Positions 9,030-18,033 of a DNA stretch of 64,000 nt are shown in pieces. The notes beneath the pieces were generated by a model. That model ran no database searches. It was not told where the DNA came from and saw only the letters and a program-made list of their open reading frames with translations. The DNA is from Clostridia bacterium. Its GTDB lineage: Bacteria > Bacillota > Clostridia > TANB77 > CAG-508. A program made the position numbers and the translations under genes. The stretch covers positions 25,391 through 89,390 of the forward strand of contig JAFQQR010000043.1 in the NCBI GenBank assembly GCA_017410505.1, in the 5' to 3' direction. Each line of letters opens with the position of its first letter. The stretch's first letter is position 1.

Positions 9030-9740
9030 ATGAGTAAGGCAACAGAACGGAGAACAGTAACAAACCAAGAGGATGTAAAAGATAGGGATGAATATATTGA
9101 AAAATATTTCCCTGTAGCAAGAGTAAGCACGCTTTCATTAGAGGACGATTTTCTTAAACATGAACCTGAAAGTAACGCACAAAGAAAATTCAAAAGAATG
9201 TTTATAGAAGCAATAAAGTCTGGATTATCAGATTTTAGAGTACAGCGGATGGATCCATCACTTGATGGAAAAGGAAGTCTTTGTTATAAAACAGGAATGG
9301 AACCAGTAGTTGGTAAATCAGCTAATTGGTGGAAGAAAAAAGCCAAAGAATTTATGCCAGAGAAGGAAAGTAGACTTGGAACAACTAAGGAGAAAAATGC
9401 TTTTTTAGGATTACTTATTAGATATCTGATAGAAGAACTAGGATATACAACAAGTGATGCATGGAAAGCGGTATGTGACCAAAGTAAAAATTTGGATCAT
9501 TATAGGGATTCAAAAGATGCAAAACATAATTTTGTATTTACTGGAAGTGAAAAAATAGGTGACTGGTATGATTTATTTAATACCTACAAAATCACTATTG
9601 ATGATGAAACACATGGATTTTCACTTGTCGGTATTTTCTGTAATGGCTATGGTTGCTATTCAATGGAGGAGGTTGTTGCTTTTTGCAAACCTGATGTTGT
9701 TTACGACGATAGTACAGGGTGGATTGTACTTCCAGTGTAG
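9030..9740 (+). CDS. hypothetical protein (236 aa), compositionally atypical
   Basis: AAAGGAG SD before the ATG at 9030. Visibly higher GC than neighbours. Two in-frame CGG codons (9048, 9246). No recognisable motif. Confidence 0.55.
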   Translation: MSKATERRTVTNQEDVKDRDEYIEKYFPVARVSTLSLEDDFLKHEPESNAQRKFKRMFIEAIKSGLSDFRVQRMDPSLDGKGSLCYKTGMEPVVGKSANWWKKKAKEFMPEKESRLGTTKEKNAFLGLLIRYLIEELGYTTSDAWKAVCDQSKNLDHYRDSKDAKHNFVFTGSEKIGDWYDLFNTYKITIDDETHGFSLVGIFCNGYGCYSMEEVVAFCKPDVVYDDSTGWIVLPV

Positions 9741-9870
9741 TACAGGAAGTACTGTTAAAACAGCATTAAAAATGGCGGAGATTTAATAATAGAGTCTCCG
9801 CATTTATTAAAAATAGAATTATATATTTAGAATAAATGTAGCTATAAACAATAAACAAGATGTTTTACTA

Positions 9871-10053
9871 TTGACTAAAATGGAAAAACATGTTAAACTA
9901 ACAATATAATTTAAGAGTATATCTAGAAATTAATAAATTTCGAGCGATATAGGATAATCAAAATAAAATGATTGTTTACACAGATGTAAGATATAAAGTC
10001 TTGCAGAGGAGTCTTAAACGATTTCTTTGCAAGGCTTATTTTTTTTAGGGGGG
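9871..10053 (+). promoter_or_regulatory. promoter plus ~150-nt leader ending in a terminator-like hairpin, upstream of the GNAT gene pair
   Basis: TTGACT, 17 nt, TG-extended TAAACT (9871-9899). Hairpin aagtcttgca / tgcaaggctt followed by attttttttt, directly before the RBS. Confidence 0.4.
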
Positions 10054-10059
10054 ATGTTT

Positions 10060-10536
10060 ATGGAAATAAGAGAGGCTAGAATTGAAGATGTAGAACAAAT
10101 GATATTTATACTAGAACAAATATCCAAAATACATTATGAAAATCGACCAAATATTTTTAAGGAAAAAAGCAAGATTGAGGTGGAAAAAGTGGCGATAGAT
10201 ACAATAAATGATAAAGATAAAAAATTTATTATTGTCACAGATGATACATTAAAAATATATGGTTTGTTAATATGCAAAATAAAAGATGTAAAAGAACATA
10301 TCAATTTAAAAGATACTAAAACTTTATGGATTGAAGAGATAGGTGTAGATGAAAAATACAGAAAAAGAGGAATTGGTAAACAATTATGGAAAGAAGCAGA
10401 AAAAATAGCAAAAGAATTAAATTGTAAAAGAATAGAATTAAATTGTTGGAATTTTAATAAAGATGCAATTAATTTTTATAAAAGTATTGGAATGAATACA
10501 CAAAGAAAAATAATGGAAAAAGAAATAGGAGGATAA
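10060..10536 (+). CDS. GNAT family N-acetyltransferase
   Basis: Acetyl-CoA-binding motif (YRKRGIGKQLW) and GNAT-typical length. Confidence 0.8.
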   Translation: MEIREARIEDVEQMIFILEQISKIHYENRPNIFKEKSKIEVEKVAIDTINDKDKKFIIVTDDTLKIYGLLICKIKDVKEHINLKDTKTLWIEEIGVDEKYRKRGIGKQLWKEAEKIAKELNCKRIELNCWNFNKDAINFYKSIGMNTQRKIMEKEIGG

Positions 10537-10541
10537 GTAAT

Positions 10542-11102
10542 ATGAAATATTTTAAAAAATTGGTAGGAGAAAGGATATATTTATCTCCAAGAAGTGTGGA
10601 AGATGCAGAAAAATATACAGAATGGATGAATGATTTTGAAACAACTGATTATACGGGAAGAAGTTATCAACTAATGACAATCGAAGCTGAAAAGAAATAT
10701 TTAGAGGAACATATTAATGAAGAAGCGGTATTTGCAATTATAGACAGTAGTGAAGATAAATTAATAGGAACAGTTGGTTTGCATCAGGTAAATCATTTCA
10801 AAAGAAAAGCAGAATTAGGTATATTTATAGGCGATAAAGAATATAGAGAAAAAGGTTATGGGACAGAGGCTATAAGGTTGATATTAGATTATGGATTTAA
10901 TTATTTGAATTTAAATAATATTAAATTGGATTTGATGGAGTTTAATAAAAGAGCTCTTGCTTGTTATAAAAAGTGTGGTTTTAAAGAATATGGTAGAAGG
11001 AGAAAATGCGAATTTATCAATGGAAAATATTATGATATTATAGAAATGGATATACTTGCTGAGGAATTTGAAGGTAGTTATATAAAAAATAAGAATATAT
11101 AA
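10542..11102 (+). CDS. GNAT family N-acetyltransferase (RimJ/RimL-like)
   Basis: L-P--.ED...Y..W pattern at the N-terminus, E.GI.I....EKGYGTEA, and a C-terminal FN.RA...Y.K.GF. Confidence 0.8.
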   Translation: MKYFKKLVGERIYLSPRSVEDAEKYTEWMNDFETTDYTGRSYQLMTIEAEKKYLEEHINEEAVFAIIDSSEDKLIGTVGLHQVNHFKRKAELGIFIGDKEYREKGYGTEAIRLILDYGFNYLNLNNIKLDLMEFNKRALACYKKCGFKEYGRRRKCEFINGKYYDIIEMDILAEEFEGSYIKNKNI

Positions 11103-11146
11103 TAAATATTATGTAGTTTTTGAACATTTGATAATTATATGTTTTT

Positions 11147-11434
11147 ATGATATATTATCATAAATTTCTTAATTATTCAACAATAGCAAGGTTAAAAGGA
11201 ATATTTTCAAGATATTTTAAAACTAGAGGAAAAGAAAGACCAGAGATACCAGGATGCAAAGAAAAAATGGAATGGAAATTTATAAAATTTACTATAAGTT
11301 GGAATAAAACAAAAGGAAATACAATAGATGAAATTTTGAAAAGAAATAAAGATAAAAAAATAATTGTTTTTAAGAATAGAAGGGAATTAAATAAATGGTA
11401 TCAGGAAGAATTTAATAAAAAAATAGAATTATAA
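11147..11434 (+). CDS. hypothetical small basic protein (weak call)
   Basis: Supported by the ORF alone. No clear SD. Confidence 0.3.
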   Translation: MIYYHKFLNYSTIARLKGIFSRYFKTRGKERPEIPGCKEKMEWKFIKFTISWNKTKGNTIDEILKRNKDKKIIVFKNRRELNKWYQEEFNKKIEL

Positions 11435-11449
11435 TTAGGAGAAAAAGCA

Positions 11450-11872
11450 ATGGAAGAAATAATATTTGTAACGCACAATAAAGGAAAAGCAAAATCAGCA
11501 GAAAAATATTTTAAAAATTTAAAAATTAGCACATATGATTTTGAATTAGATGAACCAAGAAGTGATGATTTAAAAGAAATAGCAACAGCAAAAGTTAAGC
11601 AAGCATATAAAGTAGTAGGAAAACCATGTATGGCATTAGATACAGGATTTTTTATAGATGAATTAAACGGATTTCCAAGAGCATTTAAGAAACAAGGAGA
11701 AGATAGAAAAGAAAAGTGGTCAGATTTATGGTATGTGTTTAAGCCAAAAGGATTTGAAAAGACTTTGGCAGAGATGAATGAACAAGAAAGAGAAGATAGA
11801 AGAAAAATAGATGGTTCTTATTCTGCGATGGAAAAATTTGCAGAGTGGTATCAAAATGAAAAAATAAAATAG
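11450..11872 (+). CDS. Ham1/RdgB-like non-canonical NTP pyrophosphatase, internally shortened
   Basis: N-terminal FVTHNKGK and DTGFFIDELNGFP resemble the ITPase family. It is only 140 aa, and about 60 aa of the core appear to be missing. Confidence 0.5.
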   Translation: MEEIIFVTHNKGKAKSAEKYFKNLKISTYDFELDEPRSDDLKEIATAKVKQAYKVVGKPCMALDTGFFIDELNGFPRAFKKQGEDRKEKWSDLWYVFKPKGFEKTLAEMNEQEREDRRKIDGSYSAMEKFAEWYQNEKIK

Positions 11873-11955
11873 TATCAAATGAGCTTAAAACAGGAGAATT
11901 TTAATCATAGAAATTTATTTAGTAGAATTAACAATTTTTTGGGAGCAGGATTATT

Positions 11956-12883
11956 CTATAAAACTGCTCCCAAAATTAATATACCTAAATTATCTCGATA
12001 AATTTCATCAAACTGAGAAATAGGTAAAGGGTTTTCACCAATACCAGCTTCAATAGTATATCCGGGACGGTAATAAGTTTGAATAAACCAATCCTTATAT
12101 CCAGCAAAACTAGAATTGTAAGGAACATCAGTTAATAAATAACCACTAGAAGCGGCAAAACGAGTACCTATTTCATATCCACGAGGAGGATTAATATTTT
12201 GGGAATTCCAATAAATTTCTTGCCCTTGAGTATGGTATGCAATAATCAAGCTAAAATCATGAGAAAGTGTAAAATTATAAATAGCTAAAGATTCAGGTTC
12301 AGTCAGAGGAGCAAAGCCAACAAAGTCACGAGGGGCAGGTTTGTTAAATCCTTGGGAATATTTTATTTCTCTGGCATTTTCCCATCCAGCAGGAAATTGT
12401 AAATTTAAATCTACACCATTAATATTAGCTTTCCAACCGACTTGGAAAAGGAATGTCAGGGAATTGATTTGATATGTTTTTGGCGTTTAAGTGTGCAGAA
12501 GAGTAAGGATTTAAGAATCCTGTGACCAAATCTACACCATCAGGATTAACCATTGGCATAATATAAATGGAAACAGAATTAAATAAATTTCTGATAGAAT
12601 AACCATATAAACTAGACCTATTAACATATGAAGCACAATAATCTTCAATAAACTTCATAAGTAAAACACTTGTAATCCACTCATTGCTATGTATAGAAGC
12701 AGAATAGAAAACTTCTTTAGGTCCTCGGCCAAGTTTTGCAACATATATATTTTTACCTAAAACACTTTTTCCAACTGATTGAATGTTTAAAAATGGATAA
12801 GTTCGATTCAATATAATAAGATTTTGTAACATTAAGAATGAATTATAATTAACATTTGTAGGAACGATACTCATATAAATCAC
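11956..12883 (-). pseudogene. M14 zinc carboxypeptidase / gamma-D-glutamyl-diamino acid peptidase-like gene, interrupted by one +1 frame change at in-frame CGG (12439-12437)
   Basis: The N-terminal ORF (..HSNEWIT..MVNPDGVD..) ends 3 codons after CGG. Skipping the C gives ..FPSGWKANINGVDLNLQFPAGWENAREI.., which runs continuously into ORF 11956..12249. Confidence 0.8.
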
Positions 12884-12915
12884 CTAAAATATAGTATGAA
12901 TTTGATTTATATATG

Positions 12916-12944
12916 TTGCTAAAAAAAATAAAATATAGTATAAT
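12916..12944 (+). promoter_or_regulatory. sigma-A-like promoter of ssrA
   Basis: TTGCTA, 17 nt, TATAAT, ending about 14 nt before the GGGG 5' end of the tmRNA. Confidence 0.5.
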
Positions 12945-12958
12945 AAAAAAGTATTTAT

Positions 12959-13314
12959 GGGGATGTAATGGTTTCGACATATTACCTGAAGGATAGATAG
13001 CAAGTAGTGGATTCTCGTTGGCCACTTAAAAAAACGGGAAATTAAAAATAAACGCTGATAATCAAGAATTAGCATACGCTGCCTAATTGCAGTGTCATCT
13101 TAACTAAATAGCCTACTGATTTTGTTAGGGTGTCAAATTAAAGTAGGAAACAAAGCTACTTTTGCTTTAGAAGTAGGGGGTATTTTATAAAGCTATATTT
13201 TTAATTAGCCTGTTTATCGGCGAATTAAAAATGAAAATAAAAGATAAAATAAACTTGTAGAGGTCTATTTGGATAGTATTGTGGACAGGGGTTCGATTCC
13301 CCTCATCTCCACCA
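12959..13314 (+). ncRNA. ssrA: transfer-messenger RNA (tmRNA)
   Basis: 5' GGGGATGTAATGGTTTCGAC acceptor/D-analogue. 3' GGACAGGGGTTCGATTCCCCTCATCTCCACCA T-arm plus CCA. Internal tag ORF 13054-13086 encodes ADNQELAYAA then a stop. Confidence 0.93.
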
Positions 13315-13363
13315 TTGTTCCTTAAAATGAACATACAGAAAAGTATGTTGTCAATATATTAGA

Positions 13364-13408
13364 AAAACACTACATTGCTGTTCCAAAGCAAAATGTAGTG
13401 TTTTTTAT
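13364..13408 (+). terminator. intrinsic terminator after ssrA
   Basis: Stem aacactacatt / aatgtagtgtt followed by a T-run. Confidence 0.6.
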
Positions 13409-13473
13409 TTAAAAATCAATATAAAGCTAATAATTTTTTATTATTAATTTTTAAAATTTAAGTAATAGGATGA

Positions 13474-14175
13474 TTATTCAACCGTCTGAACAACTTCAAT
13501 ACCAGGAATATCTGCAACAATTTTTTCTGCAACAGAAACATCATCCAAATGCATTAGATATACCTTAATGCTTCTTTTGGTAAGATTAATAAAGTCATTC
13601 AACACATTTTCTAGCTTTAAATGGATTTTACCATAATAAACAGATGTATCAACATAAAGTTCGGAATTATCTGTTAAAAAAGGTAAAAAATTATCTAGAG
13701 TACATGTATCTCCAGTATAGATAGTATTAATGCCAGCTACTATTAAATGATATCCAAAGCATTTGTTTTCTAGTTCTGGAGCATGTTTTGTTAATATGCA
13801 ATTACCAAACCAGTCTTTTTCAGCTATTTGTTCTGCAGTAACTAACTCATAATATGAACTTTCATTTCCCTCGATAGTTAATACAGTAGAGATATCATCT
13901 AATACTTCTGTGGATGGAGCAATGATAATTGCAGTTTTCTTTAGAACAAAAAAGACAAACTGAACAAATAATCCTAATCCGCCAATGTGATCACCATGAG
14001 TATGTGTTATAAGAATATAAAAATTCTTATAATTAGTTAAATCTTTTTTCTTCAACTTCATAAAAGTTGTAATAGAACAGTCAAGTATGACCATCTCATC
14101 ATTTTCAGTGACAAAATATGCAGATGTATGGTCATCTGCAAAACCTGATCCTCTTCCTAAAAATTTTAATGCCAT
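13474..14175 (-). CDS. MBL-fold metallo-hydrolase
   Basis: HTHGDHIGG (HxHxDH) motif. Start placed at the ATG preceded by AAGGAG. Confidence 0.8.
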   Translation of the reverse strand: MALKFLGRGSGFADDHTSAYFVTENDEMVILDCSITTFMKLKKKDLTNYKNFYILITHTHGDHIGGLGLFVQFVFFVLKKTAIIIAPSTEVLDDISTVLTIEGNESSYYELVTAEQIAEKDWFGNCILTKHAPELENKCFGYHLIVAGINTIYTGDTCTLDNFLPFLTDNSELYVDTSVYYGKIHLKLENVLNDFINLTKRSIKVYLMHLDDVSVAEKIVADIPGIEVVQTVE

Positions 14176-14333
14176 AGTTGTCAACTCCTTTTGGTTTTAG
14201 AAATGAATAGTTGCACTCTGTTCCACAATTCAATGTATTGTGGAATTCAATTTACCTCCTAAAAATTGATATAAAGATATTATAATAGATTTTTTTGTAT
14301 GTCAATACAGAAAATATGGTAACAAAGTTTGAA

Positions 14334-14593
14334 TAACAATATGGTCCTAAGTGAGCAAAGTTGCTGGAAAAGGATGTTATATAATAAATCTATTTCATTC
14401 CTCGGCTCCCTGCATAAGCTAAGTAATTCTAAATTAATTTTATGGCACCCTTCCACTCCGCTACGCTGTGTGAACTCTTTCCATAAAATTAATTAAGAAT
14501 TACTAAGCTTATTCCAGTCACATTCGTCATTGCATACATTTATTATATAACATCCTTTTCCAGCAACTTTGCTCACTTAGGACCATATTGTTA
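14334..14593. repeat. 260-bp palindromic element, family A copy 1
   Basis: 55-bp perfect inverted arms (14335-14389 / 14538-14592) enclose a 148-bp core. The core is ~96% identical, in inverted orientation, to the core of 24375-24640. Confidence 0.85.
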
Positions 14594-14695
14594 CTCAAGC
14601 ATTGTAAATTTTCTGTAAAATTACTTGTAAATTTATGCGTCTTGGTGTAAAATACCGTTAAATCGTAAATAATAATAGGAGGAAAGAAATAAGAA

Positions 14696-15757
14696 ATGAG
14701 ATTAGTAACAGATGAAGACTCGAAAAGGGAATATAAAAAATTTTTGGAAGGACACGAAAGATGCAATTTTCAGCAAGCATTAGAATGGGCAGAAATAAAA
14801 AAGCCAAACTGGAAACCAGAAGTAATACTAGCAGAAGATGAAGATAAAAATATAATAGGATCATTATGTGTATGGATAAGAAAAATGCCAATATTCGGAA
14901 ATATAATGTATGCCTCAAGAGGACCGGTATGCGATATACATGATATATCAGTTATGAAACAATTAACAGATGGAGCAAAAGAATTAGCAAAAAAATATAA
15001 AGCGATAGCATTAAGAATTGAACCAGATGTAGAAACTGATGACCAAGCTTTTAGAGATATAGTAACAAATTTAGGATATAAAATAAAAGATGATGCAAAA
15101 GATTTTAAAGATGAGATACAACCAAGATTTGTATTTAGATTAGATATAAAAGATAAAACAGAAGAAGAAGTAATGGCAGGATTTCATCAAAAATGGAGAT
15201 ATAATATACGTTTAGCAGGGAGAAAAGGTGTAGAATTAAGAGAAGGAACAAGAGAAGATTTAAAAGATTTTCATAAAATAATGATAGAAACAGGGAATAG
15301 AGATGGTTTTATAACAAGACCATTAGAATATTTTGAAAAAATGTATGATAATATGGCGCCAAATCATATGAAATTATTAATGGCATATTATGAAGGCAAA
15401 CCAATTTCAGGTGTAATACCAATCTTTTATGGAAATAAAACATGGTACTTATATGGAGCAAGTAGTAATCAACATAGAAATTTAATGCCAAATTATTTGT
15501 TACAATGGGAAATGATAAAAATGGCGATAGCAAGACATGATGATATGTATGACTTTAGAGGAGTTTCAGGAGTAGTAGATGAAAGCCATCCACAATATGG
15601 ATTATATAGATTTAAAAAAGGATTTGGAGCAAAATTCACAGAGTTTATAGGGGAAATATATATTCCATTTAAACCAATAAGATATAAATTATATAAATTT
15701 TCAGAAAAAGCATTTAGAACAATAAGACAAATAAAAAGAAACATGAATGCTAAATAG
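14696..15757 (+). CDS. FemAB-family peptidoglycan aminoacyltransferase (FemX/MurM-like)
   Basis: 353 aa. FLQS-type N-terminus (NFQQALEWAE) and YLYGASS...N..LQWE.I..A motifs typical of FemABX. Confidence 0.85.
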   Translation: MRLVTDEDSKREYKKFLEGHERCNFQQALEWAEIKKPNWKPEVILAEDEDKNIIGSLCVWIRKMPIFGNIMYASRGPVCDIHDISVMKQLTDGAKELAKKYKAIALRIEPDVETDDQAFRDIVTNLGYKIKDDAKDFKDEIQPRFVFRLDIKDKTEEEVMAGFHQKWRYNIRLAGRKGVELREGTREDLKDFHKIMIETGNRDGFITRPLEYFEKMYDNMAPNHMKLLMAYYEGKPISGVIPIFYGNKTWYLYGASSNQHRNLMPNYLLQWEMIKMAIARHDDMYDFRGVSGVVDESHPQYGLYRFKKGFGAKFTEFIGEIYIPFKPIRYKLYKFSEKAFRTIRQIKRNMNAK

Positions 15758-15785
15758 TTGTCCAATGGGGACACAGGAGGAAAGT

Positions 15786-16904
15786 TTGAAAGCTGTAGTT
15801 ATAAAAAAAGAGGATTTAAGATATAATATAGAAAAAATAAAAGAATATGCGAATACAAATTTGTTAGATGATAATGAAAATAAAGTTAAAATAATAGCAG
15901 TTGTTAAATCAAATGGATATGGTTTGGGAATTGTAGAATATACGAAATTTTTAATAGATAGTGGAATAGATTTTTTTGCAGTATCCACAGTAGAAGAAGC
16001 TATAAAAATAAGAAATGCAGGAATTAAAGAAAAACTTCTAATGTTGTCTTCTACAAGTGTAGAAGAGGACGTAAAAACATTAGTTGAAAATAATGTAATA
16101 TTAACAATTGGTTCAAAAGAAGCACTAGATGTTGCGAATAAAATTGGACAAGAGTTAGATAAGAAGGTAAAGGTTCATATAAAAATAGATACAGGATTTG
16201 GAAGATATGGATTTGTTTATAACAATAGTGAAGAAATATTACAAATATTAAAATTGGCAAAAAATATAAAAATTGAAGGTACTTTTACACATTTTTCAAA
16301 TGCTTATTATGATGATAAATATACTAAATTACAATTTGATAGATTTATGGAATGTATAGAAACTTTAAAAAGGAATAATGTGGATACAGGAATGCTACAT
16401 GTATGTAATACATCAGCTTTTATAAAATTTCCAGATATGCATTTGAATGCAGTAAGAATTGGTTCTGCTTTTACTGGAAGAATATCTTTTAAAAATTCTA
16501 TGGGATTAAGAAAAATAGGGTATTTAAAAGCAAATGTTGCAGAAATAAGAGAGCTTCCAAAAGGCTTTAATGTAGGTTATTCAAATACTTATACAACAAA
16601 AAAAGAAACTAAAGTTGCTATAATTCCATGTGGTTACATTGATGGAGTAAATATACAAACAGGAAGAGATATGTTTAGACCGATTGATAAAATTAGATAT
16701 ATAGTAAGAGAACTAAAAGATTTATTAAAAAAACAGCAATTATTTGTTAGTATTAATGAACAAAAATGTCCAATATTAGGAAGAATAGGGACATATCATG
16801 TTACTGTTGATGTAACAGGAAAAGATGTAAAAATAAATGATGAAGTAATTTTCAATACTAGTATAAAACATGTTGATAGTAGTATTAGAAGGGAGTGGAA
16901 ATAA
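15786..16904 (+). CDS. alr: alanine racemase
   Basis: PLP-lysine motif AVVKSNGYGLG and a C-terminal domain of the Alr fold. TTG start 5 nt after GGAGG; the alternative ATG is at 15765. Confidence 0.85.
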   Translation: MKAVVIKKEDLRYNIEKIKEYANTNLLDDNENKVKIIAVVKSNGYGLGIVEYTKFLIDSGIDFFAVSTVEEAIKIRNAGIKEKLLMLSSTSVEEDVKTLVENNVILTIGSKEALDVANKIGQELDKKVKVHIKIDTGFGRYGFVYNNSEEILQILKLAKNIKIEGTFTHFSNAYYDDKYTKLQFDRFMECIETLKRNNVDTGMLHVCNTSAFIKFPDMHLNAVRIGSAFTGRISFKNSMGLRKIGYLKANVAEIRELPKGFNVGYSNTYTTKKETKVAIIPCGYIDGVNIQTGRDMFRPIDKIRYIVRELKDLLKKQQLFVSINEQKCPILGRIGTYHVTVDVTGKDVKINDEVIFNTSIKHVDSSIRREWK

Positions 16905-16905
16905 A

Positions 16906-17976
16906 TTGAAAAAGAGTCCACAAAACGAAAATATAAACAAAAAAGATAAAATAGAAGATGAAGGTGTAAAAAAAGGTTTTTTTAAGAAGGTATGGTATTC
17001 TATAAATAAAATAGAGAAATATTCTGAATTATCAGCAGAAGGAATAGGTAGAGCCATAAAATATTTAGTGATATTAATTATGATATTATCAATAATTTCA
17101 TCAGCAATTACAGTATTAAAAACAAGATTGGAAATAAAAAATATTGCAGAATATATAAATGAAAATTCACCAGAACTTACATATAGTAATGAAACATTAG
17201 TGGTGAATTCGCAAGAAACTATAGTAGATGATAATACAAATTTTGGTAAGATAATTATTGATACAAATACAGATGAAGAAGAAAAAATTAATCAATATAT
17301 AAATGATGTAAAAGAAGATGAAAATGCTATAATAATATTAAAAGATAAATTAATATTAAAAGAAGTAGGATTACAAGGAACAACAACTTATAATTATAAA
17401 GAACTATTTGGAGAAATGGGCATAACTGAATTTAACAAAGAAAGTTTAATAGAATATTTAACAGGTTCTAATATTATGTCAGTGTATGCTAATTTATTTT
17501 TAGTTTTACTTATATATGCATTTGCTCTTTATATTATAAATGCGTTATTTAATATAGCAGTTATAGGTATAGTTGGATATTTAGCAGCAATAGTTTTAAA
17601 AATGAAAATAAGATATGTAGCAGTATTTAATATGGCAGTATATGCTATAACATTTCCAACAATATTACAAATGATTTATATATTAATAAACGGTTTATTT
17701 GGATATACTTTGAATTATTTTGATATAATGTATATAGTAGTAGCATCAATTTATATGATTGCATCGATATTTATACTAAAAGCAGAATTTAATAAAAAAC
17801 AAGGAGAAGTTCAAAAAATAGTTGAAGTAGAAAAACAAGTGAAAGAAGAGATAGAGGAAAAACAAAAAGAAGAAAAGGAAAGAGAAGATAAAGATAAAAA
17901 TAAAGATACAAAAAAAGAAGATAAAAAAAGTGAAGAGACAGTAGGCGGAGATGAACCAGAAGGTTCAAATGCTTAA
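16906..17976 (+). CDS. polytopic membrane protein (possibly DUF1189-like) with a Lys/Glu-rich tail
   Basis: TTG start 2 nt after the alr stop. About 5 TM helices and a charged C-terminus. Confidence 0.55.
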   Translation: MKKSPQNENINKKDKIEDEGVKKGFFKKVWYSINKIEKYSELSAEGIGRAIKYLVILIMILSIISSAITVLKTRLEIKNIAEYINENSPELTYSNETLVVNSQETIVDDNTNFGKIIIDTNTDEEEKINQYINDVKEDENAIIILKDKLILKEVGLQGTTTYNYKELFGEMGITEFNKESLIEYLTGSNIMSVYANLFLVLLIYAFALYIINALFNIAVIGIVGYLAAIVLKMKIRYVAVFNMAVYAITFPTILQMIYILINGLFGYTLNYFDIMYIVVASIYMIASIFILKAEFNKKQGEVQKIVEVEKQVKEEIEEKQKEEKEREDKDKNKDTKKEDKKSEETVGGDEPEGSNA

Positions 17977-18033
17977 AAATAAAGTTTATAGATTTCTCAA
18001 ATCTAAATTAATTGGCAAGGAGTAAAAACATAA

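Noticed and set aside
9559-9786. 75-aa overlapping ORF
   Set aside because: It lies out of frame inside and just beyond the better-supported 9030..9740 ORF and runs through its terminator.
12884-13075. 63-aa minus-strand ORF
   Set aside because: It lies antisense over the ssrA promoter and the 5' third of the tmRNA. It is a spurious AT-rich ORF.
12959-14200. Integrated element at the tmRNA 3' end
   Set aside because: No integrase and no duplicated ssrA 3' segment are present. The next gene is an ordinary MBL hydrolase.
14334-14593. Family A palindromes as ordinary MITEs or IS remnants
   Set aside because: This is not fully excluded. However, the termini differ between copies while the core is conserved. 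No target-site duplication is evident and no transposase gene is in the window. They are reported as repeats of unknown nature instead.
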